Assembly: GCA_943787465.1 (NCBI GenBank)
Contig: CALSMN010000007.1
Location: 58,004 to 122,003 of the forward strand
DNA length: 64,000 bases
Reading direction: 5' to 3'
DNA from: an uncultured Bacteroidia bacterium
Lineage (GTDB): Bacteria > Bacteroidota > Bacteroidia > NS11-12g > UBA9320
In this document: one piece after another, positions 10,663 to 18,966 of the stretch
Layout: each line of letters opens with the position of its first letter
Numbering within the stretch: the first letter of the stretch is position 1
The notes under the pieces: model-generated
The model's input: only the letters and a program-made list of their open reading frames with translations
Databases searched by the model: none
What the model was told of the DNA's origin: nothing
Made by a program: the position numbers and the translations under genes

Positions 10663-11105
10663 GGTTTTTTTAAAGAACTACCCGATATATAAACCGTGGA
10701 ACTCCCATGATGTTGCTGGTATTTTTTTAAGGGTATACTAGCTTCTTCAGTTGTAGATTTTGGACTATAATTTGAAATACTCGAATTTAATAAAAATGAA
10801 TTATTTCCCAATTTAACTGGTCCCATCAAGCTAATGAGTAAGATGAATAAAATAGAAGCTGCTATACTTTGACCATAATCCATAAAGTATCGTTTTTTGG
10901 ACAACGGTTTTAACAAATCCGATGTATGGCTATACACCACTTCGTCATCTGCAGATATTTTAGTCTGTTTTAGAAATTTCCATTCTTTAAAAAGAAATTC
11001 GCTCTCTTCTATCTGTTCCATCACTAAAAGTTCATCTTGATGACTCAAATTACCTTCTAAAAGATCAAATAAAATCCATTCATAATTTTTTGCATTTAAC
11101 TTCAT
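10644..11105 (-). CDS. anti-sigma factor, N-terminal part with one TM helix (frameshifted partner of 10261-10662)
   Basis: Overlaps the ECF sigma stop by 4 bp. It contains a single TM segment AASILFILLISLMG. It ends in the homopolymer run. Confidence 0.5.
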   Translation of the reverse strand: MKLNAKNYEWILFDLLEGNLSHQDELLVMEQIEESEFLFKEWKFLKQTKISADDEVVYSHTSDLLKPLSKKRYFMDYGQSIAASILFILLISLMGPVKLGNNSFLLNSSISNYSPKSTTEEASIPLKKYQQHHGSSTVYISGSSLKKPWTSPF

Positions 11106-11587
11106 AATACCAATACATCTAATTTTTGAAGATAGGCTTTAATTGTTTTGCGAGCCCTAAATATATAAATCTTAACCTGACTATCACTCAAATCCATAAT
11201 TTTACCTATACTTCGATAATCATACCCTTCATAATCCCTTAATAGTAGTACATTTTTATATTTTTCAGGCAAACGATTCATTGCCTTTTTTACCACCTCC
11301 ATTGTATTATTATACAACTCTTCTTCCGCAGCAATCTCACCAATATCATCAAAAGAAACACGGTTTTTCTGCTTTCGTATTGAATCTATCATCTCGTGAT
11401 AGGCCATTTTGAATAGATAGGGTTTTGCTGTTTTAAACTCAATTTTATCCTTGCGTATCCATAACTTTTCATAGGTATTTTGGACAATGTTTTCTGCTTC
11501 AAATTCATCTTTTATATTTTTTAGGATGAACCGATATATCCCATCAGTATGCGTTTGAACACAGATATTATACTCTTGAGTAGTCAT
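11102..11587 (-). CDS. RNA polymerase ECF-type sigma-70 factor
   Basis: The region 4 motif LLLRDYEGYDYRSIGKIMDLSDSQVKIYIFRARKTIKAYL is present. A region 2 segment lies at the N-terminus. Confidence 0.85.
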   Translation of the reverse strand: MTTQEYNICVQTHTDGIYRFILKNIKDEFEAENIVQNTYEKLWIRKDKIEFKTAKPYLFKMAYHEMIDSIRKQKNRVSFDDIGEIAAEEELYNNTMEVVKKAMNRLPEKYKNVLLLRDYEGYDYRSIGKIMDLSDSQVKIYIFRARKTIKAYLQKLDVLVL

Positions 11588-11717
11588 GGTTATATGTATC
11601 TATACTACGGTTATTTGTAATATAAAGTTACAAAGGTTAACAAATTATACGTCTAAAAGGGATAAGTTGATTGTATTTTATATCAACCATTTCAGATGGC
11701 AGAATACCTTTGTGACC

Positions 11718-12440
11718 ATGAGTGAATGGTACAAAACATGGTTTGATAGTGAATATTATCACCTACTCTACAAAGACCGAGATCACACTGAAGCAGAAAA
11801 TTTTATTCAGAAAATATACCAATATCTCACCCCTGCTCCCCATGCTCTAATGCTTGATTTAGCTTGTGGTAAAGGCAGACACAGTATTCATCTCCAGAAA
11901 ATGGGAGCCATTGTTGAAGGTTGCGATTATTCGGAAAATAGCATTCAACATGCAAAACAATTTGAAAATAATGCTTTGTGTTTCTATACACATGATATGC
12001 GTAATCCTTTACCAAAAAAATATGATTATATTTTCAATCTTTTTACCAGCTTTGGTTATTTTGACACCCTAAAAGAACACCAACAAACGCTTAATCACAT
12101 TTATACTGGACTTAACGATAATGGCACGTTTGTCTTTGATTTTATGAATATTCCGTTCATTTTAGACCAACTTATTTCTCATGAAACCGTCACAAAAGGA
12201 CCAGTTGAATTCAATATCGTTCGAAAAGAAATTAATGGCACGTTACAAAAACATATCTCTTTTAAAGATAACGGGCAACATTATACGTTTACAGAAGAGG
12301 TCGCCGCATTTCGTCCAGATGAAATTATGGCTATGATGAAGAAAGCTGGCTTCGCTATTCAAGATACATTTGGTGATTATGCTTTATCCCCGTATCACTC
12401 AACTCATTCAAAACGGTTTATTCTAATTGCAACTAAATGA
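11718..12440 (+). CDS. class I SAM-dependent methyltransferase
   Basis: Motif I is LDLACGKGRHSIHL. The ATG at 11718 is preferred over the upstream alternative start of the 11586 ORF because the extra N-terminus has no counterpart in methyltransferases. Confidence 0.7.
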   Translation: MSEWYKTWFDSEYYHLLYKDRDHTEAENFIQKIYQYLTPAPHALMLDLACGKGRHSIHLQKMGAIVEGCDYSENSIQHAKQFENNALCFYTHDMRNPLPKKYDYIFNLFTSFGYFDTLKEHQQTLNHIYTGLNDNGTFVFDFMNIPFILDQLISHETVTKGPVEFNIVRKEINGTLQKHISFKDNGQHYTFTEEVAAFRPDEIMAMMKKAGFAIQDTFGDYALSPYHSTHSKRFILIATK

Positions 12441-13006
12441 TTGAATTTTTACAAGATATAGACCAATCTATATTTATACTCATCCATGAAAAATGGGCAC
12501 ATCCTATATTGGATGCCATCCTACTCCCCATAAGAAACGCATTGACTTGGATTCCATTATATGTCCTGTTTATTTTTTTGATATTTAAAGAATACCAACT
12601 CAAAGGTTTTTATTTTCTCCTAGCTGCCATACTATCTATTATCCTAACTGATCAATTTTCTGCAGGTTTTATGAAGCCTTTCTTTGAACGGTTAAGGCCT
12701 TGTCATGAGCCTAGTTTATCTCAGCATATACGTCATATTATTGACTGCGGGGGTCAGTACGGGTTTATATCCTCTCATGCCACCAACCATTTTGGATTGG
12801 CTGTTATCTTTACTTGGTTCTTTACAAAAAAACATCCTTCTAATCATCTACATTGGATTTTTTATGGTTGGGCTGGACTCATATCATTTGCGCAAGTGTA
12901 TGTAGGCAAACACTATTTAGGTGATATTATGGTAGGTGCTATTGCAGGATTTATCATTGGGAAATTCATCGTTACTGGTCTCCATAAAGTACTTCTAAAA
13001 TCTTAA
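12437..13006 (+). CDS. PAP2-family phosphatase (membrane)
   Basis: PAP2 motifs RPCHEPS, SSHATNHFG and YLGDI are present. The start overlaps the methyltransferase stop by 4 bp (ATGA). Confidence 0.75.
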   Translation: MIEFLQDIDQSIFILIHEKWAHPILDAILLPIRNALTWIPLYVLFIFLIFKEYQLKGFYFLLAAILSIILTDQFSAGFMKPFFERLRPCHEPSLSQHIRHIIDCGGQYGFISSHATNHFGLAVIFTWFFTKKHPSNHLHWIFYGWAGLISFAQVYVGKHYLGDIMVGAIAGFIIGKFIVTGLHKVLLKS

Positions 13007-13009
13007 TCT

Positions 13010-14716
13010 ATGTTTCAAGAAAAGGCACTATCTATACTAAAATCAGGAAAAAATGTTTTTTTAACTGGAAGTGCGGGAACAGGGAAAACCTATACATTAA
13101 ACACCTACATTCAATGGCTAAAAGAACATAAAGTTCCTGTAGCAATAACGGCCAGCACGGGAATAGCTGCTACCCACATGAATGGCACAACCATTCACTC
13201 TTGGAGTGGTATTGGGGTTAAAGAAAGCCTATCCCATAGCGATCTGAAATCCATGCAAGGAAAACAGTATCTAACCAAAAACATAACCAAAACCCATGTA
13301 TTGATTATCGATGAAATATCCATGCTTCATAAAAATCAATTGGATATGATCAATCAATCACTAAAATATTTAAGAAATTCAGCACAACCTTTTGGAGGAA
13401 TGCAAGTCGTATTTGCTGGAGACTTCTTTCAATTACCCCCTGTGAGCAAGGAACTTGTTCCCAGCAGGGAAAAGTTTGCTTTTATGAGCAAGGCCTGGGT
13501 AGACGCATCGCCCATAGTCTGTTACCTTACCGAGCAATATCGCCAAACTAAAAATGAATTAAATACTATTCTCAATCAAATTCGTGCAAATGAAATTGAT
13601 GAGCCTGCAGTACAGCTATTGCAAGAAACCCGTTTTAATCAACATACCATAGAGCCCACAAAATTGTATGCTCATAATGCAGATGTAGATGCTATGAACG
13701 AGAAAGAACTGGCTGAATTATCGGAAGAACCCTGGGAATTTTTTGCCATCAAGAAAGGAAATCAAAAAATGATGGAATCCTTCGTCAAATCGTTGATCGT
13801 TCAAGATAAATTGGTACTCAAAAAAGGAGCAAAAGTGATGTTTCTAAAAAATAATCATGAACGGGCTATTATGAATGGTACCCTAGGTGTAATTGTTGAC
13901 TTTAAAAAAGATGCTGAAGAAAATGGTCCATTTCCCTTAGTGCAACTTATGGATAAACGAAAGGTATTAGCAACGCCTGATGTCTGGTCCATCAACAATG
14001 AAAAAGGGACACCCCTAGTGAGTTTTGAACAAGTCCCCCTTCGCTTAGCGTGGGCTATAACCGTTCATAAAAGCCAAGGTATGACGCTAGAAGCCGCCGA
14101 AATTGATTTGGGAAAAGCATTTGAACCCGGACAAGGCTATGTTGCTCTATCTCGATTGAAAGATTTGGACGGGTTGAAACTGTTGGGCATAAATCGAATG
14201 GCCATTGAGGTTGACTCTTTGGCTCTTAAGGCTGATCAACGTTTTCAAGAGTTAAGCCAAGAAGTAGATCTACTGCCGGAAACCGACTTTGAAAAAGATT
14301 GGGAAAGCCATATCCTAGCCAGCGGAGGAACTACAAATCCTTCTGAAATAAAGAAAAACAAAGCCAAAATACGCGCCAAAGAAAAAAAAATCAACACCTA
14401 TCAACAAACCATCGAACTCATCAAAGCAGGAAAATCGCTACAAGAAATATCCAGTGAACGTGGCATGGCACTAACCACCATACAAGGTCATATCCTTAAA
14501 ATATCCGATGATTTTCCGGATGTGGACATTCAAGCCTATAAGCCAGACGATGTATTGATGGATCGTATTATTCAAATCTATCAGGAAGCAGATAACGGAA
14601 AAGAAGACAACTATAGTCCCGATGGAAGAATAAAATCCAGTATCATTTTCAATGCCTTGGATGGTAAAATCGATTACGGAACCATCAAGCTAGCCTACGC
14701 TTACATCGATGCCTAA
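13010..14716 (+). CDS. Pif1/RecD-family ATP-dependent DNA helicase with C-terminal HTH domain
   Basis: Walker A is LTGSAGTGKTY. SF1 helicase motifs VLIIDEISML and AITVHKSQG are present. A C-terminal helix-turn-helix-like segment follows. Confidence 0.8.
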   Translation: MFQEKALSILKSGKNVFLTGSAGTGKTYTLNTYIQWLKEHKVPVAITASTGIAATHMNGTTIHSWSGIGVKESLSHSDLKSMQGKQYLTKNITKTHVLIIDEISMLHKNQLDMINQSLKYLRNSAQPFGGMQVVFAGDFFQLPPVSKELVPSREKFAFMSKAWVDASPIVCYLTEQYRQTKNELNTILNQIRANEIDEPAVQLLQETRFNQHTIEPTKLYAHNADVDAMNEKELAELSEEPWEFFAIKKGNQKMMESFVKSLIVQDKLVLKKGAKVMFLKNNHERAIMNGTLGVIVDFKKDAEENGPFPLVQLMDKRKVLATPDVWSINNEKGTPLVSFEQVPLRLAWAITVHKSQGMTLEAAEIDLGKAFEPGQGYVALSRLKDLDGLKLLGINRMAIEVDSLALKADQRFQELSQEVDLLPETDFEKDWESHILASGGTTNPSEIKKNKAKIRAKEKKINTYQQTIELIKAGKSLQEISSERGMALTTIQGHILKISDDFPDVDIQAYKPDDVLMDRIIQIYQEADNGKEDNYSPDGRIKSSIIFNALDGKIDYGTIKLAYAYIDA

Positions 14717-14958
14717 CGGATTAATGTAACGGTCCCATTTATATGTCCATTCGTATCTGAAATCTGGTAATAGAGTATCCAAAAATATTCTCCTTCGGGA
14801 ACTGGTTTGCCTCTGTAAACCCCATCCCAGCCTTTTTCCATATCACTAGTTTCATACATTTTCTCGCCCCAACGGTTGTATATCTCTAGTCTGGCCGATC
14901 CTAACCCTTTTATGATGATGGGTTCAAAAACTTGACTCAATCTATCCCCATTGGGCAA
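14713..14958 (-). pseudogene. orphan T9SS type-B C-terminal sorting domain (gliding-motility-associated CTD) remnant
   Basis: The 81 aa match the CTD consensus (PNGDxxxxVFEPII, IYNRWGE, WDGxYxGKPVPEGxYFW, GTVTLIR). The ORF opens at a TTG directly after an in-frame TAA, so there is no cargo domain. Confidence 0.5.
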
Positions 14959-15061
14959 TTATCTAATTTTCGTAAGCAATAAATTATGATAAAAATCATA
15001 ATTGGATATGATTTTTAACCACTGCTATTTTTATGACCAATACATTACATTTGACCTTAGT

Positions 15062-16306
15062 ATGATGGATAAAATAAAATGTCCCCATTGTGGAAGTAAT
15101 TTTGATGTAGAAGAAGCCTTAAGCGGCAAATTACAGGCTCACTTTAAGGCAGAATTTGAACAAAAATTAGCCCAACAAAATCAACGGTTTGAAGCAGAAC
15201 AACTAAAACTGCAACAGGAAAAAGCCGCCTTCGAAGAAAAAAAGAAAAATGAAAATGAGCTGTTTCAAGATCGTTTGAACCAGCAATTACTCAAAGAAAA
15301 AGAAAGCATCCATAAACAAACCCAAGCCTCTTTTGAGCAACAACTGAAAGATCTCACCGAAGAAAATGAGAAGAAAAAAGCGGAAAACGCAGCGCTAAAG
15401 GCAATTGAAATAAGTCTACTCAAAAAAGAACGCGATTTGAAAGAACAAGCCGAAAACTTGCAGCTTGATCTCGAAAAAAAAATGCTAGACAAACAACACG
15501 AAATTGAGGAAAAGGCTCGAGCTAAAGAACGAGAAACCTTTGAATTGGAAAAAATAAAATGGCAAAAACAAATAGATGATAATAAAAGACTGGCAGAGGA
15601 AATGCGTCGAAAAGCAGAACAAGGCAGCATGCAGCTTCAAGGGGAGGTGCAAGAACTAGCCCTAGAAAACCTGCTTTTGGCTTCCTACCCCTTCGATATT
15701 ATTAAAGAAGTGCCTAAAGGAGTTCGTGGAGCCGACTGCATTCAAGTTGTTCGAAACAACACACAGCAAATCTGTGGTTCTATCGTATATGAGAGTAAAC
15801 GTACCAAGAATTTTGCTGGTGATTGGATTGAAAAACTCAAGCAAGATCAGATGAACTGCCAAGCAGATATTGCTGTAATTGTTACGGAAACTTATCCCTC
15901 AGATATGGATCGGTTTGGTGCTAAAGATGGTGTTTGGATTTGTGGATTTCATGAAGTAAAAAGCCTTTCTTTTATTCTTCGCGAGATGGTAATTAAGACC
16001 CATGCCGTAAAATCTGCTGAAGAAAACAAGGGCGATAAGATGGAGCTACTATATACCTACCTGACCAGCAATGGTTTTGTTCAAAATATTCAGCGCATTG
16101 TCGAAAATTATGATGGAATGATCAACCAACTCAATGCCGAAAAAAAAGCCATGCACAAAATTTGGGCTACACGTGAAAAACAAATATGGGTGGTGCAAGA
16201 AAATCTAGCATCTCTTTTTGGAAGCATAAAAGGTATTGCTGGCAATGAGCTCGAAGCATCCCAGATTATGAAACTAACGGATCATCATCCAGATGAAGAA
16301 ATATAA
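15062..16306 (+). CDS. DUF2130-like protein: N-terminal CPHCG zinc-ribbon-like motif, long coiled coil, C-terminal PD-(D/E)xK nuclease-like domain
   Basis: The N-terminus is MDKIKCPHCGSNFDVEEA. About 200 aa of K/E/Q-rich coiled coil follow. The C-terminal domain has GADCIQVV followed by a downstream VYESKRT, which fits a D...ExK nuclease motif. The start could also be the TTG at 15002. Confidence 0.55.
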   Translation: MMDKIKCPHCGSNFDVEEALSGKLQAHFKAEFEQKLAQQNQRFEAEQLKLQQEKAAFEEKKKNENELFQDRLNQQLLKEKESIHKQTQASFEQQLKDLTEENEKKKAENAALKAIEISLLKKERDLKEQAENLQLDLEKKMLDKQHEIEEKARAKERETFELEKIKWQKQIDDNKRLAEEMRRKAEQGSMQLQGEVQELALENLLLASYPFDIIKEVPKGVRGADCIQVVRNNTQQICGSIVYESKRTKNFAGDWIEKLKQDQMNCQADIAVIVTETYPSDMDRFGAKDGVWICGFHEVKSLSFILREMVIKTHAVKSAEENKGDKMELLYTYLTSNGFVQNIQRIVENYDGMINQLNAEKKAMHKIWATREKQIWVVQENLASLFGSIKGIAGNELEASQIMKLTDHHPDEEI

Positions 16307-16343
16307 CGTGAATTAAAATAAAACGTATCATAACTACGAACTA

Positions 16344-17078
16344 TTGATTAAAATTGCATTCATGCATTTTTGGTGGCTTTTCTTGCTTTTCTTTTTTCCA
16401 TTTTTAGGAGGTGTCATTGGACTTACTATTCAATCTGAAAAAACACGACAGCTCAAGTTGTTTTTAGCGTTTAGTGGTGCATTTCTTATCTCTATTACCA
16501 TTCTTAATTTGATTCCTGAGGTATATGAAAAAATTGGCCACCAAGCAGGGTACTATATCTTGGCTGGCTTTTTCTTGCAAATTGTTGTTGATTTTTTTAC
16601 CAAAGGCATAGAACATGGCCATTTACATTTTCATGAGTTTAAAAAAGGGTTTCCCATCTCCGTGTTTTTGGCATTAAGTCTTCATGCGTTCATCGAAGGA
16701 CTAGGATTAGGTGGAGATGCATTCTCCGAGGCAACCCAAAATAATCTTGTTTTTGCAATAGGATTACATGAGCTACCCGCAGCTTTTGCTCTGGCTGTGG
16801 TTCTCAAGAGCGTTTTTTCAAAAGATAAAACGAACTATTTATGGATTGCGCTATATGCTGTTATGGTTCCACTTGGAATGATTATTGGCCACCAACTTAT
16901 AGACTATGCCGAGATTTTCAGTATGCTAATCGCAGTGGTTATTGGGGTGTTTTTACATATCAGTACCACCATTCTTTTCGAGAATAATGAGAGTCATACT
17001 TACGGCAGATATAAATTGATTGCCATTTTAGTAGGTTTAGTAGTCGCATTATTGGCTGTCAATCTTCATATTCACTAA
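16344..17078 (+). CDS. ZIP-family metal (zinc) transporter
   Basis: Eight predicted TM helices. The motifs HEFKKG and GLHELPAAFALAVVL are ZupT-like. Start is the TTG at 16344 or the ATG at 16362. Confidence 0.75.
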   Translation: MIKIAFMHFWWLFLLFFFPFLGGVIGLTIQSEKTRQLKLFLAFSGAFLISITILNLIPEVYEKIGHQAGYYILAGFFLQIVVDFFTKGIEHGHLHFHEFKKGFPISVFLALSLHAFIEGLGLGGDAFSEATQNNLVFAIGLHELPAAFALAVVLKSVFSKDKTNYLWIALYAVMVPLGMIIGHQLIDYAEIFSMLIAVVIGVFLHISTTILFENNESHTYGRYKLIAILVGLVVALLAVNLHIH

Positions 17079-17087
17079 TCGTACCCA

Positions 17088-17864
17088 TTAATTGTAAATT
17101 TCATTTAAAAGTCCTGCAAGCCGAACTCCTGCTTGCTCTAAACGGATTTGCATGGTTTGGGTATGTCTAAAACTGTACGAATAACCTAGATTGGTATCTT
17201 TTTCAAAATCGTAACAAGCAGTTCTTAAATTTTGACTTTCTTGAGCCCATTCGCGGACCGTTGAACGCTGCCACAGGGCTATTTGAGATTTGGTTATATT
17301 TCGATTTATATGATTCCCTAATTCGGTGTAGCTGAGTTGTAAATGATCAATGAGTTCTTTATCCCATATTCGATGCAAATTTGTTTTTTTCCCAAACCAG
17401 TTTACACTCACTGAATTACCTCCTCGATCTTCTTCTAATCCTACATGAAGTGGCTGATGTAAATCACCTACCAAATGAACCAAAGCCATAATGGCAAATT
17501 CTTCATTTTCCACTATACTAAACTCCTTTGTTTTAAGTTCTTGAACTAATTTTTCAATAATTTGTATTACATCCCCTGCAGATTTGTGATCGCACTCTGC
17601 ATATGTTTTACCATCTGGGATACTGACATAATGCCAAGCATTCATATGTCTATATTGGGTGTCTGAACGAATAAAATCTAGGTAATTACCACACATTTCA
17701 AGAGAATATGATGTTAAAATTGCATCTACTTTTTTAGCTGTTTTGGAAGTAAGATGTTTTTGTGCAACATAGCCTACCACGCGATGACCTGTAGGACCCC
17801 ATGCCCATAACAAAGTAGATAGAAATATAAAAAACGCAAAAAATACAGATCGTAATGACATCAT
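17088..17864 (-). CDS. S1/P1 family nuclease (secreted)
   Basis: Has a signal peptide followed by WGPTGHRVVGYVAQKHL, the hallmark N-terminus of the S1/P1 nuclease family. Conserved His/Asp zinc ligands are present. Confidence 0.8.
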   Translation of the reverse strand: MMSLRSVFFAFFIFLSTLLWAWGPTGHRVVGYVAQKHLTSKTAKKVDAILTSYSLEMCGNYLDFIRSDTQYRHMNAWHYVSIPDGKTYAECDHKSAGDVIQIIEKLVQELKTKEFSIVENEEFAIMALVHLVGDLHQPLHVGLEEDRGGNSVSVNWFGKKTNLHRIWDKELIDHLQLSYTELGNHINRNITKSQIALWQRSTVREWAQESQNLRTACYDFEKDTNLGYSYSFRHTQTMQIRLEQAGVRLAGLLNEIYN

Positions 17865-17893
17865 GATTACAAATCTAATACAATAGCAGCAGT

Positions 17894-18910
17894 TTACATG
17901 TTTCTTCGATATTGACCACCTACCTCAAAGAGAGCATCCGTAATCTGTCCTAAAGAACAGACTTTACACGCTTCCATGAGAGCATCAAATAGATTTTCAT
18001 TTTGAAGTGCAACCGATTGAATATTTTTCTGCTGTTTCTTGGATGCTTCAGCATAGCAAGTATGAAGGTTTTCTAATGTTTTAATTTGGATTTGTTTTTC
18101 TTCTTCCGTTGCTCGAATAACCTCCTTGGGTAAAATAGTAGGCGACCCATTACTACTTAAAAAAGTATTTACGCCAATTATAGGAAAATCACCATTGTGT
18201 TTTAGCGTTTCGTAATACAGACTTTCTTCCTGAATCTTACTTCTTTGATACATTGTTTCCATAGCACCTAAAACACCCCCTCGCTCTGTTATACGGTCAA
18301 ATTCCGCCAAAACAGCTTCTTCCACAAGCACTGTAAGCTCTTCAGTGATAAAAGAACCTTGCATAGGATTTTCATTCTTAGCTAACCCCAGTTCTTTATT
18401 AATAATGAGCTGGATAGCGACAGCTCTTCTGACACTTTCCTCTGTAGGAGTGGTGATAGCCTCATCATATGCATTGGTATGCAATGAATTACAATTATCA
18501 TAAATGGCATACAAAGCTTGAAGTGTAGTTCGAATATCATTAAAATCAATTTCTTGAGCATGCAAACTTCTTCCACTGGTTTGAATATGATATTTAAGCA
18601 TTTGACTTCGCTCATCTGCACCGTATTTTAATTTCATTGCTTTAGCCCAAATCTTTCGTGCAACCCTTCCAATAACCGCATATTCTGGATCTATACCGTT
18701 GGAGAAGAAAAATGACAAATTAGGACCAAAATCATTGATATTCATTCCCCTACTCAAATAATACTCTACATAGGTAAATCCATTGGCTAAGGTAAATGCT
18801 AATTGTGTAATTGGATTTGCACCAGCTTCTGCGATATGATATCCTGAAATGGACACAGAATAAAAATTTCGAACCCCATGATCCGTAAAATATTGCTGTA
18901 CATCTCCCAT
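17894..18910 (-). CDS. icmF: fused isobutyryl-/methylmalonyl-CoA mutase (IcmF-like), C-terminal substrate-binding barrel fragment (frameshifted)
   Basis: [27 protein letters not shown] matches the mutase TIM-barrel. It continues the upstream ORF 18967-21279 after a -1 frame change. Confidence 0.7.
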   Translation of the reverse strand: MGDVQQYFTDHGVRNFYSVSISGYHIAEAGANPITQLAFTLANGFTYVEYYLSRGMNINDFGPNLSFFFSNGIDPEYAVIGRVARKIWAKAMKLKYGADERSQMLKYHIQTSGRSLHAQEIDFNDIRTTLQALYAIYDNCNSLHTNAYDEAITTPTEESVRRAVAIQLIINKELGLAKNENPMQGSFITEELTVLVEEAVLAEFDRITERGGVLGAMETMYQRSKIQEESLYYETLKHNGDFPIIGVNTFLSSNGSPTILPKEVIRATEEEKQIQIKTLENLHTCYAEASKKQQKNIQSVALQNENLFDALMEACKVCSLGQITDALFEVGGQYRRNM

Positions 18911-18966
18911 TAACCTGAGTGCAAATTCAGTAGAGAAGATACACGTATTTTGAGCTTGATCTTCTT

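Noticed and set aside
15002-15061. Upstream TTG start adding 20 aa (MDMIFNHCYFYDQYITFDLS) to the DUF2130-like protein
   Set aside because: The extension overlaps the palindrome/repeat motif. The family N-terminus normally begins at the MDKIKCPHCG zinc-ribbon, so ATG 15062 is preferred.
18911-18966. Possible programmed -1 ribosomal frameshift joining the two icmF ORFs
   Set aside because: There is no X XXY YYZ slippery heptamer and no downstream structure. A simple indel or pseudogenisation is more parsimonious.
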